A stretch of DNA of 64,000 nt from Kiritimatiellia bacterium. Its GTDB lineage: Bacteria; Verrucomicrobiota; Kiritimatiellia; CAIVKH01. The stretch spans positions 93,327 through 157,326 of the forward strand of contig DAOLDD010000004.1 in NCBI GenBank assembly GCA_035327585.1, written 5' to 3'. A program made the position numbers and the translations under genes. The notes under the pieces are model-generated. The model was not told the origin of the DNA. It made no database searches and saw only the letters and a list, made by a program, of their open reading frames with translations. Below, one piece after another: positions 8,540 to 17,089 of the stretch (position 1 is its first letter; each line of letters starts with the position of its first letter).

Positions 8540-9303
8540 GCGGTGCCGCGCCGCGCCGCGATGCTGCGTTCGTGCGGGGTGGCGGGCGGCGAGCGGCGCA
8601 GGCCGCCCTGGAAGAACAGCTTCCACACCATCCACAGCGCCTCCTTGACGATCGCGCCGCTCATCTTCGACGCCCCCGAGCGGCGCTCCTCAAACGTGAT
8701 CGGCACTTCCTCCACGCGGAAACCGCTCATCCACGCGTGGTGCGTCATCTCGATCTGGAACGAGTAGCCGTTGGATTTGATCTCATCCAGCGGGATGGTC
8801 TCCAGCACCGCGCGCCGGAAACATTTAAACCCGCCCGTCGGGTCGGTGAACGGCATCCCGGAAATCAGCTTCACGTAGACCGCCGCGCCCTTGCTCAAAA
8901 TCAGGCGGCCCAGCGGCCAGTTGATCACGCGGATGCCGCCCTTATAGCGCGTGCCCAGCACGAGGTCCGCGTCCCGCGCCGCATCGCGGAATTTCACGAG
9001 GTCCGCCGGGTTGTGCGAAAAATCGCAGTCCATCTCGCCGATGAACTCGTACCGCCGCGCCAGCGCCCACTTGAAGCCCGCGATGTAGGCGCGGCCGAGG
9101 CCCTGCTTCTTCTCGCGGTGCAGGACATGCACGCGCGGCTCCGCCTCCGCCATCCGGTCGAGCAGCCGTCCGGTGCCGTCGGGCGAATTGTCGTCGACGA
9201 AAAGGACGTCGGCCCACGGCGCGTGCTGGTGCACCGCGAGCGCCATTTCCCGCACGTTGTCGATCTCGTTGTACGTCGGGATGATGACCAGGTAGTCGTT
9301 CAT
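8536..9303 (-). CDS. GT2 polyprenyl-phosphate glycosyltransferase (dolichyl/polyprenol-phosphate mannose synthase-like)
   Basis: 255 aa. N-terminal VIIPTYNE, the DDNSPDGT motif, and a DxD-like (E/D)xD in GEMDCDFSHNP are typical of the DPM1-like GT2 family. Translationally coupled to the UbiA gene. Confidence 0.8.
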   Translation of the reverse strand: MNDYLVIIPTYNEIDNVREMALAVHQHAPWADVLFVDDNSPDGTGRLLDRMAEAEPRVHVLHREKKQGLGRAYIAGFKWALARRYEFIGEMDCDFSHNPADLVKFRDAARDADLVLGTRYKGGIRVINWPLGRLILSKGAAVYVKLISGMPFTDPTGGFKCFRRAVLETIPLDEIKSNGYSFQIEMTHHAWMSGFRVEEVPITFEERRSGASKMSGAIVKEALWMVWKLFFQGGLRRSPPATPHERSIAARRGTA

Positions 9304-9392
9304 TCAGCCGCAGTCTATGAAGTGACGCCCCCGCGGGCAAGCGCCGCCGATGTTGAACCGCGCCCGCCCGCCCCCTATACTTACCCGTTCGC

Positions 9393-9953
9393 ATGAAACT
9401 GGATATGCATTATTACGGCGACCCGGTGCTCCGCGCGCCGGCCGCCCGCGTCGAGGCCGTCACGGACGAATTGCGCCAACTCGCCGCGGCGATGATTGAG
9501 GCGATGCACACGGAAAATGGCGTCGGCCTCGCCGCCCCGCAAATCGGCCGCTCCGTCGCGCTGTGCGTCGTCGAGCTGCCGGTCGACTACGACACCACCG
9601 AGGACGGACGCCGCCTTAACCCGGACGTTGAAATGCCGCTGGTCCTCATCAATCCGGAGATCGTCTCCATCGGGCGCAAGACCGACGTGCATGAGGAGGG
9701 CTGCCTCAGTTTCCCCGGCCTGCGCGGCAACATCGAGCGCCCCATCGACATCACCGTCCGTTATCTCGGGCTCGACGGGCAGCCGCGCGCGCGGGCGTTT
9801 ACGGATTTTCTCGCGCGCGTCATCCAGCACGAAGTCGACCACCTCAACGGCGTACTCTTCATCGACCGCATGTCCGCCGCGAAGCGGTTCGCGCTCAAAG
9901 GCAGGTTGCGGAAGCTGGAAAACGAGACCAGGGAGCGCCTCGGCCTCGCGTGA
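9393..9953 (+). CDS. def: Peptide deformylase
   Basis: 186 aa. Motifs GVGLAAPQIG, EGCLSFPG and HEVDHLNG are the three conserved PDF motifs. Confidence 0.95.
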   Translation: MKLDMHYYGDPVLRAPAARVEAVTDELRQLAAAMIEAMHTENGVGLAAPQIGRSVALCVVELPVDYDTTEDGRRLNPDVEMPLVLINPEIVSIGRKTDVHEEGCLSFPGLRGNIERPIDITVRYLGLDGQPRARAFTDFLARVIQHEVDHLNGVLFIDRMSAAKRFALKGRLRKLENETRERLGLA

Positions 9954-9958
9954 AAATT

Positions 9959-10019
9959 TACAACGTCTGTAAAACCTTTTTTCGCGGCTTACAACGTCTG
10001 TAAAATCTTTTTTCCGCGT
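9959..10019. repeat. Tandem about 30-bp AT-rich direct repeat (2 copies, 1-2 mismatches) between convergent def and hydrolase genes
   Basis: ttacaacgtctgtaaaaccttttttcgcggc / ttacaacgtctgtaaaatcttttttccgcgt. Each copy has a small TTACA..TGTAA palindrome and a T6 run. Confidence 0.5.
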
Positions 10020-10029
10020 TGCGGCGGGA

Positions 10030-11241
10030 TTATTCCGCGGGCAGGGAGGGCGGCGTGCTCGCGAGGCGGGGGTGGAAACCGGCGGTGTAGGTTTCGCGCA
10101 AGTCGAGCAACTGTTGGACCAGCTCGTTGAGGCGCGGGTTGGCGATGTCGCCGTGGTTGGCGCAGATGTCGGGGGTGACCCGGATGACCCAGTAGGGCGT
10201 GTCGTTGTAGCGGCCTTCCACCTCGCGCAACAGGACGCGGCCGTCCTCGATCGCCGCGCGGTGGCTCAGCAGGAAATCCGTATGGCCGTCGGTGTGCGAG
10301 GCGAGCCAGCCTTGCGACGGCTCGCCGGGTGGCGCGTCCTTGCGGTAGCTGCGAAAGATCCGCACGAACCACTGGCCGAAGGGGAAGGCCCGCTTGGTGG
10401 CGGTGTCGCCTTCCGAGGTGATGGAGGCGATGAGCGGGCCGGCGACGGGTTGCTCGCGCCCGTCCGCGCCGTCCACCACGAGCCGGACCTGGTAGCGTTT
10501 CAACACGTCGATGAAGCGCGCGACATCGACCGCGCGGTTCGCCGGGTTCGCGAGCACGACGAGGTCCACCGGGAGCGCCGCCCGGGCGATCCCGGCCCCG
10601 GTGCTGCCCTTGATCAATTCCTCGGCCATGGCGTTGAAGAGAATGCGGCCGCCCATGGAGTGCCCGTACATGATGACCTTCGAGTCGGGCTCCATCTTCG
10701 TCGTGTGCATCACGGCGTAGAGCGCTTCCTTGAGGTTGAGGGAGGCGACGCGATCCGCGGCGAGCAGGCGGTTCCAGAAGGAGACCTCGCGGCTGAACGG
10801 TTCCTTGGAAATATCCCCGCGCCAGCCGATGTAGACGCCGACGACGCGACCGGGATGGCCGGGGTCGGTGCTGGCGTGGAAGCGTCCGGCGGACCCGGCG
10901 ATTTCGCGGGCGATGCGCTGGAGGTCGCCGCGCTCGCGCGACCAGTCGGCGTTGTTCTTCCAGCCGTGGATGAACACGGGCACGACGATGCCGTCGGGGT
11001 GTTCGCGGTTGCGCTGCTGGATGAGCGCGACGGTGTCGCGCAGTTGACGCACGTCCCAGAATTCGCCTTCGTCGTCGAATTCGATGATGCAGAGATCCGC
11101 GGTCGCCCCGGTCTCCGGGTCGCGCACGACGCGGATGTAGTCCTCCGGGGTCCGGTTGTATTGACGCAAGCCGACGCAGCCTGCGCCGGGGAGGACGCAG
11201 GCGAACAGGGCGAGGAGAAGAAGGAAGGGGCGTGGGTTCAT
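10030..11241 (-). CDS. Lipoprotein alpha/beta-fold serine hydrolase (esterase/lipase-like)
   Basis: The ORF runs 10030..11529. The likely start is Met at 11241 (MNPRPFLLLLALFACVLPGAGC, signal peptide plus lipobox). Nucleophile elbow YGHSMGG. ATGA overlap with the upstream regulator gene. Confidence 0.7.
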   Translation of the reverse strand: MNPRPFLLLLALFACVLPGAGCVGLRQYNRTPEDYIRVVRDPETGATADLCIIEFDDEGEFWDVRQLRDTVALIQQRNREHPDGIVVPVFIHGWKNNADWSRERGDLQRIAREIAGSAGRFHASTDPGHPGRVVGVYIGWRGDISKEPFSREVSFWNRLLAADRVASLNLKEALYAVMHTTKMEPDSKVIMYGHSMGGRILFNAMAEELIKGSTGAGIARAALPVDLVVLANPANRAVDVARFIDVLKRYQVRLVVDGADGREQPVAGPLIASITSEGDTATKRAFPFGQWFVRIFRSYRKDAPPGEPSQGWLASHTDGHTDFLLSHRAAIEDGRVLLREVEGRYNDTPYWVIRVTPDICANHGDIANPRLNELVQQLLDLRETYTAGFHPRLASTPPSLPAE

Positions 11242-11813
11242 GATTTGCGGCGGGCGCCGGGCCGGGCTGGCGGGGTGGCGGACGCGATGTGGTCCAGTTC
11301 GCGGATCAGTTCGAGCAGGTCGGAGAGCGTTTTCCGGTTCGTATCGTCGAACCCTTTGCCGATGCCAGTGGGGATGACGTAGCCGCCCTCGGGATGCCGG
11401 CAGACCAACCCTCGCTTTTCCAGTGCGCGGACCTTCCGGCGGCAGGTCTCGCGGGGGATGCCGGTGGCTGCGCTGAGCGAAAACGGATTGCAGGGCTGCA
11501 GTTTCGCCCGCGTTTGTTCGGAGGCCCAATCGACGGACTGGATGGCCTGCTTCGCCCGGCCGGAGGAGAAGTAGTGGCAGATGTTGTGATGCGCGATCTC
11601 GCCGAGCACGAGCGCGGAGAGGATGTCGCCCTGGAACTTGTGATAGAGGTTGTTGAGGTGCCGGAGGAAGAACCAGCCCATGAGGATGGAGAGTTCGTGC
11701 GGGCTCCGATCGTACAGGTCATCCGCCGAGCGGGCGGCGAGCGGCGTGCCGGCGGCGGGCGCGGCCTTGCGGGCACGGGGGTGGCGGACCTTTTTCATGT
11801 TTATATGCTCCAT
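11238..11813 (-). CDS. HTH-type transcriptional regulator (MarR/Crp-like winged helix), translationally coupled to the hydrolase
   Basis: 191 aa. The C-terminal segment LSAATGIPRETCRRKVRALEKRGLV resembles a winged HTH. Its stop TGA overlaps the start ATG of the downstream hydrolase. Confidence 0.5.
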   Translation of the reverse strand: MEHINMKKVRHPRARKAAPAAGTPLAARSADDLYDRSPHELSILMGWFFLRHLNNLYHKFQGDILSALVLGEIAHHNICHYFSSGRAKQAIQSVDWASEQTRAKLQPCNPFSLSAATGIPRETCRRKVRALEKRGLVCRHPEGGYVIPTGIGKGFDDTNRKTLSDLLELIRELDHIASATPPARPGARRKS

Positions 11814-11927
11814 CGCCGCGGATGGGGCGGCAACCGGCAGACTACCCAGAATGGGTACTCCGCCTCAAGTTCGCCATTTGATCCGCTCCGCGACCCGCGT
11901 GTATTGTTGCGCCCAGGAGGACTTATC

Positions 11928-12935
11928 ATGAAGCTGGTGTATGCCGGTTTGAGCGCGGGGTTGTTGATGGCGGTGGCGGCGGGGGCGATTGAGCCGTTGC
12001 CGGTGGAGCAGGGGTGGCACGGGTATGTGAGCCCGAGCGTCGTGGGCATGGAGTTCCGCGACAACACGGTGGTGGGCCTGGGCTCGCTGGAGCTCGGGAA
12101 CGAGCGGATTGAGTCGCTGGACGCGCGTCCGGAAAAGGAGTCGGCCGGTTCCTTCTCCCTCTCCGGCGAGGTGGGCTACATGTTCACCGATCCCGGGGTG
12201 TATGTGTTTGTCGGCAACCGGCTGGAGGATTTCCTGCGCCTCGACAACAGCAGTGCGCTCGGTGCGCGGCTCGATGCGGGGCGGGTGGGGATCCTCGAGG
12301 CAAGCGCACTGTTTTCGCTGGCCCCAACCGAGGTCTGGGCGGATCCCTTCCTCACGGGCGCGGATCGCGAGGCAACGGACCGGACGTCGACGGGCGCGCG
12401 GTTCGGGGTTGCCGGGATCGGCGGCAGCCGGTTCGACGCGTCGCTCACGGTCCGCAAGGTGGAGATCGACGAGGAGCGCAGCGGCGCCTCGCTGCCGCTG
12501 ACGGACGCCGAACGCGCGCTGTTGCGCCGGGATGGCGACGCGGCGCGAATCGAGTTGCTCTACACCTGGGTCATCAATCCGCGCCATATCCTGATTCCCG
12601 CGGTGGACTTTGGCGTGTATGACGCCGATGGCGACGCGGTGGCCCGCGAGGGGGCGACGGTGCAGTTGACGCATGTCTACCAGCAGGGTCGCTTGCGCCT
12701 GATTTCGAACGCGGCCTTTCGCCAGGCCGAATTCGACGAGGTGAACCCGGTGTTCGGGTTGAAGCAGGACGAGGAGGAGTGGGTCCTGTCCGTGACGGGG
12801 ATTTACGGCAACCTGTTCGACCAGCCCAACCTCTCCGGCATGGCCAGCCTGCTCGTGGCGGAACGCGATTCCGACATCGGGTTTTATGATGCGGAGGCGA
12901 CGGTCGCCAGTGTAGGTTTGCTCTACAAGTTTTGA
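11928..12935 (+). CDS. Putative outer-membrane beta-barrel protein (MipA/OmpV-like) with signal peptide
   Basis: The probable start is ATG at 11928 (MKLVYAGLSAGLLMAVAAGA, signal peptide) within the longer 11289..12935 ORF. It has alternating amphipathic strands and a C-terminal aromatic residue (..LLYKF). It is divergent from the regulator gene. Confidence 0.55.
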   Translation: MKLVYAGLSAGLLMAVAAGAIEPLPVEQGWHGYVSPSVVGMEFRDNTVVGLGSLELGNERIESLDARPEKESAGSFSLSGEVGYMFTDPGVYVFVGNRLEDFLRLDNSSALGARLDAGRVGILEASALFSLAPTEVWADPFLTGADREATDRTSTGARFGVAGIGGSRFDASLTVRKVEIDEERSGASLPLTDAERALLRRDGDAARIELLYTWVINPRHILIPAVDFGVYDADGDAVAREGATVQLTHVYQQGRLRLISNAAFRQAEFDEVNPVFGLKQDEEEWVLSVTGIYGNLFDQPNLSGMASLLVAERDSDIGFYDAEATVASVGLLYKF

Positions 12936-12984
12936 TCCTGCGCGCCCGGCGGCATGGGGCGTCGCTTTATCCCGGAGTCGATGT

Positions 12985-14055
12985 ATGAACGTTCGTGGCT
13001 GGTGTTGCGCCGCGTGGGTTTGCGCGGCGGGGTTGTTGTGGGGGTGTGGACGCGGGGCGGTGGAACCGCCGCCGCCGTCGGCGCGTCCGGTGAAGCTGGC
13101 GGTCGCGGAGACGCGCGCGCCGGGTCGGACCTTCACCGCCTCCGGACGGATCAAGGCCGCGCAGCGCGCGGAACTTTCGTTCGACCGCGCGGACGTGCTC
13201 GCCGAGTTGCCGGTGATCCAGGGGCAGCCGGTGCAGGCGGGCGACGTGCTTGCGCGCCTCGACACGCGCAACCTCGAGCTTGCGGAAAAGGCACGGCTCG
13301 CTGCGTTCGATGAGGCGCGCACGAATCGCGACCGGCTGCAGCGCCTCTTCGAACGGCAGGCGGTGGCGCGCGCGGACCTCGACCGGGCGCAGGCTTCCTT
13401 CGAGAACGCCGAGGCGAGCCTGCTCCAGGTGCGCAAAGACCTGGAAACCTCCGTGTTGCGCGCGCCGTTCACGGGCCGCGTCGCCGCGACGATGGCGGAC
13501 CGGTTCCAACTCGTCCAGGCGCGCCAGCCGATCGTGGTGGTGCAGGACCTCTCGCGCTATGAGGTGGAAATCCAGGTGCCGGAGACGTTCATCCTCCAGG
13601 TCGGCCAGTCGACCGGCTCGCAGGTGACGGCGCGTTTCGACCAGTTGCCGGGCCTCGTGCTGCCGGTAAAGCTCAAGGATTTTACGACCGAGGCGAGCCC
13701 GGAGACGCTGACCTACAACGCGGTGTTCACGATGCAGGCGCCGGAGGGTTCCGTGTTGCTGCCCGGCATGTCCGTTTCCATCGGCATCGAATTGCAGCAG
13801 GCCGGGCCGGCGGGCGCGTGCTGGGTTCCGGAGCGCGCGCTGTTTTCCGATGATGCGCAACGCACGCTGGTGTGGCGGGTGGATCCCGCGACGAGCCGGG
13901 TCGCGGCGCAGCCCGTGGCGATCGGCCAGCGGCGCGGCGGTTACGCGCAGGTGACGGACGGGCTCGCGGCGGGCGACCGGGTCGCCGTGTCGGGCTTGCA
14001 TACGTTGCGTGATGGCGATGAAGTGCGGGCGTATGAAGCGCCCGATCGTTCGTGA
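12985..14055 (+). CDS. RND efflux membrane fusion protein (periplasmic adaptor, HlyD family)
   Basis: 356 aa. Lipoprotein signal (LLWGC). Coiled-coil hairpin and beta-barrel segments typical of AcrA/MexA-like adaptors. Directly upstream of the RND pump. Confidence 0.85.
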   Translation: MNVRGWCCAAWVCAAGLLWGCGRGAVEPPPPSARPVKLAVAETRAPGRTFTASGRIKAAQRAELSFDRADVLAELPVIQGQPVQAGDVLARLDTRNLELAEKARLAAFDEARTNRDRLQRLFERQAVARADLDRAQASFENAEASLLQVRKDLETSVLRAPFTGRVAATMADRFQLVQARQPIVVVQDLSRYEVEIQVPETFILQVGQSTGSQVTARFDQLPGLVLPVKLKDFTTEASPETLTYNAVFTMQAPEGSVLLPGMSVSIGIELQQAGPAGACWVPERALFSDDAQRTLVWRVDPATSRVAAQPVAIGQRRGGYAQVTDGLAAGDRVAVSGLHTLRDGDEVRAYEAPDRS

Positions 14056-14062
14056 GCGGACC

Positions 14063-17000
14063 ATGACGATCGCCGAATACTGCATCCGGAAACGCACGAT
14101 TTCCTACCTGCTCTCCGTCCTCATCCTGCTGGGCGGGCTGTCGGTCTATCCGAAGCTGGGCCGCTTCGAGGATCCCGCGATCGCGATCAAGATCTGTCCG
14201 GTCATCACGGCCTATCCCGGCGCTTCGCCGCGCGAGGTGGAGGACGAGGTCACGGAGGTGATCGAATCCGCGCTGCAAAGCATGTGGCAGGTGAAGCAGG
14301 TCACCTCGGTTTCGCAGGCGGGGCTGTCGATCGTGAAGGCGGAGTTCACGGAGACGTTCCGCAAGAGCGACCTGCCCCAGATTTTCGACGAGGTGCGGCG
14401 CAAGGTGGCGGATGCGCAGAAGGACCTGCCGCCGGGCGCGCAACCGTCCATCGTCAACGACGACTTTGGCGATGAATACGGCATGCTGCTCGCGCTCACG
14501 GGCGACGGCTATACGCTGAAGGAGATCGAGGATTTCGCCGACTTCCTCCGCACCGAGCTGCTCCAGGTGTCCGGCGTCGCGCGCATCGTGTTTTGGGGCG
14601 TGCAGCAGGAGATGATCTACATCGAGATCTCGCGCGCGCGGCTCGGCCAGTTTGGAGTCTCGCTCGATGCGGTACTGCAAGCGCTCCAGCAGCACAACCA
14701 GGTCGTGCCCGCAGGCGTGGTCACGGAGGGTGACCGCCGCATGCGCATCCAGCTTACCGGCGCGGCGGAATCGTGGGAGACCCTCGGCGACCTTGCCCTG
14801 GTCGGGCGCGATGCCGGCACGGTGCGCTTGCGCGATGTGGCGACGCTGGTGCGCGATGTACAGGACCCCCCCACCGCGATTCTCAAGGTGAACGGCCAGC
14901 GCGCCCTCGCGATCGGCATTTCCACCGTGGAGGGCGGCAACGTGGTGGCCGTGGGCGACGCGGTCGGCGCGCGACTTCGCGAGCTGGAGTCGCGGCGGCC
15001 CGCCGGGCTTGACCTGCACATCCTTTCCTACCAGGGCGAGACGGTCGACCAGGCGGTGCGCGGGTTTGTGGTCAGCGTGTTCCAGGCGCTCGGCATCGTG
15101 GTCGGCATTTTGATGCTGTTCATGGGCCTGCGCAGTGGTGTGATCATCGGCGTGACGCTGCTGCTGATCGTCGCGGGCACGTTCCTTGTGATGCAGTTCA
15201 TGGCGATCGAGCTCCAGCGCATTTCGCTGGGCGCGCTGATCGTGGCGCTCGGCATGCTGGTGGACAACGCGATCGTGGTGACCGACGGCATCCTCGTGCG
15301 CATCGGGAAGGGGGAGGACCGGATCAAGGCCGCGGGCGCGGTGGTTGGCCAGACATTCTGGCCGCTGCTCGGCGCGACCTTCGTCGCGATCATGGCGTTC
15401 GCGGCGATCGGCTTTTCGCCGGACTCGACGGGAGAATACTGCAAGTCGCTGTTCCAGGTCATCGCGATTTCGCTGCTGTTGAGCTGGCTTTTCGCGATCA
15501 CGGCCACGCCGTTGATGTGCGTGGATTTCCTGAAGGCGCCGAAGAACCCCGGCGCGGCGGCGCCGGGCCGTTTCTCCGCGCGCTACCGGGCCGTGCTCGC
15601 CGCCGTGCTCGCGCGCCGCGGTTGGGTGCTGATCGTGATGACCGTGCTGCTCGCGCTGGGCATGTTCGGCTTCGGCAAGGTGAAGCCGGGCTTCTTCCCG
15701 CAGTCCGCGCGCCCCGAGTTCGTGCTGGATTACTGGCTGCCGCAGGGCACGCACATCCAGCGCACGCTGGCCGATACGGACCGGCTCGAGCGTTTCGTGA
15801 TGGAGCTGGAGGGCGTTGAGAAGGTCTCCACCTGGGTGGGCCGAGGCGCGGTCCGCTTCATGCTCGTCTATTCGCCGGAGGACGCGAATTCCGCCTATGC
15901 GCAGTTGCTGATCACCGTGCGCGATCACCGGCAGATCGACGCGGTGATGGCGCGGATTCGCGCCGAGCTCGACGCGCATTACCTCGACGCGCAGTACAAG
16001 CTGTGGAAGTTCGTGCTCGGCCCCGGCGGCGGCAGCGCGATCGAGGCCCGCTTCGCCGGCCCCGAAACCGCGGTCCTGCGCGAGCTCGTCCGGCGGGCGT
16101 CGGAAATCATGTACGCGCATCCCAACGCGGTGAATATCAAGAACGACTGGCGCCAACCCGTGCCCGTGGTGCAGGCGGTGTTGCGGTCCGAGGTCACCGC
16201 GCAAGTCGGCGTGACCCGCCCCGAAGTGGCCGCCGCGCTGGAGGTCGCATCCGAGGGCCGCCGCGTGGGCGTATATCGCGAGGGCGACGACGTGCTTGGC
16301 ATCGTCGCCCGCCTGCCCGCCGGGGAACGCAACGACATTGAACAGCTCGACCAGATCACGGTCACGAGCCGCGTGACGGGTCGCAACGTGCCCGTCGGCC
16401 AACTCATCGGCGGTTGGGAGACCCGCTGGGAGAACGCGCTCATCCTGCGACGCGACCGTGAACGCACGATGACCGCCCAGTGCGATCCGTCCGAAGGCCC
16501 GAGCGCCAACCTGCACGCGGCCCTGCGTCCCGCCATCGAAGCGATTCCGCTGCCCGAAGGCTATCGATTGGCGTGGGGCGGCGACTACGAGAAGTCCACG
16601 AATGCCAACGCGGGCATTGCGAGCACGATGCCGGTCACGTTCGTCGTGATGGTGGTGCTGATCGTGATGATGTTTAATGCGATCCGCCAGCCGGTCATCA
16701 TCTTCCTTACTGTTCCGCTGGCCGTCATTGGCGTGGCCGCCGGCCTGCTCGCGACCGGCGTCGCGTTCGACTTCATGGCGACGCTCGGCTTCCTGAGCCT
16801 GGCGGGCATGTTGATCAAGAACTCCATCGTGTTGATCGACCAGATGGACCTGGAGATGAAGAGCGGGAAGCGCCCGCTCGATGCGATCCTCGATTCCACG
16901 CTCGACCGCACGCGCCCCGTGCTGCTGGGCGCGGTGACGACGGTGCTCGGCCTCCTCCCGCTGCTCGGCGATGTCTTCTTCAAGGGGCTGGCCGTGGTGA

Positions 17001-17089
17001 TCATGTTCGGCCTGTCCTTCGCGGCGATCCTCACCCTGGTGGTGGTGCCGGTGTTGTATGCCGCCTTCTTCAAGGTGCCCAAGCGATGA
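14063..17089 (+). CDS. RND efflux transporter permease (AcrB/HAE1 family)
   Basis: The ORF runs 14009..17089. The start is Met at 14063 (MTIAEYCIRKRTISYLLSVLILLGGL). It is about 1000 aa with 12 TM segments and two large periplasmic loops. The characteristic C-terminal region reads LPLLGDVFFKGLAVVIMFGL. Confidence 0.9.
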   Translation: MTIAEYCIRKRTISYLLSVLILLGGLSVYPKLGRFEDPAIAIKICPVITAYPGASPREVEDEVTEVIESALQSMWQVKQVTSVSQAGLSIVKAEFTETFRKSDLPQIFDEVRRKVADAQKDLPPGAQPSIVNDDFGDEYGMLLALTGDGYTLKEIEDFADFLRTELLQVSGVARIVFWGVQQEMIYIEISRARLGQFGVSLDAVLQALQQHNQVVPAGVVTEGDRRMRIQLTGAAESWETLGDLALVGRDAGTVRLRDVATLVRDVQDPPTAILKVNGQRALAIGISTVEGGNVVAVGDAVGARLRELESRRPAGLDLHILSYQGETVDQAVRGFVVSVFQALGIVVGILMLFMGLRSGVIIGVTLLLIVAGTFLVMQFMAIELQRISLGALIVALGMLVDNAIVVTDGILVRIGKGEDRIKAAGAVVGQTFWPLLGATFVAIMAFAAIGFSPDSTGEYCKSLFQVIAISLLLSWLFAITATPLMCVDFLKAPKNPGAAAPGRFSARYRAVLAAVLARRGWVLIVMTVLLALGMFGFGKVKPGFFPQSARPEFVLDYWLPQGTHIQRTLADTDRLERFVMELEGVEKVSTWVGRGAVRFMLVYSPEDANSAYAQLLITVRDHRQIDAVMARIRAELDAHYLDAQYKLWKFVLGPGGGSAIEARFAGPETAVLRELVRRASEIMYAHPNAVNIKNDWRQPVPVVQAVLRSEVTAQVGVTRPEVAAALEVASEGRRVGVYREGDDVLGIVARLPAGERNDIEQLDQITVTSRVTGRNVPVGQLIGGWETRWENALILRRDRERTMTAQCDPSEGPSANLHAALRPAIEAIPLPEGYRLAWGGDYEKSTNANAGIASTMPVTFVVMVVLIVMMFNAIRQPVIIFLTVPLAVIGVAAGLLATGVAFDFMATLGFLSLAGMLIKNSIVLIDQMDLEMKSGKRPLDAILDSTLDRTRPVLLGAVTTVLGLLPLLGDVFFKGLAVVIMFGLSFAAILTLVVVPVLYAAFFKVPKR

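Noticed and set aside
11865-13472. 535-aa minus-strand ORF and the long 5' extension (11289-11927) of the plus ORF
   Set aside because: They are antisense to or upstream of the signal-peptide-bearing OMP and the MFP gene. They have extreme Arg/Ala content and no domain signatures.
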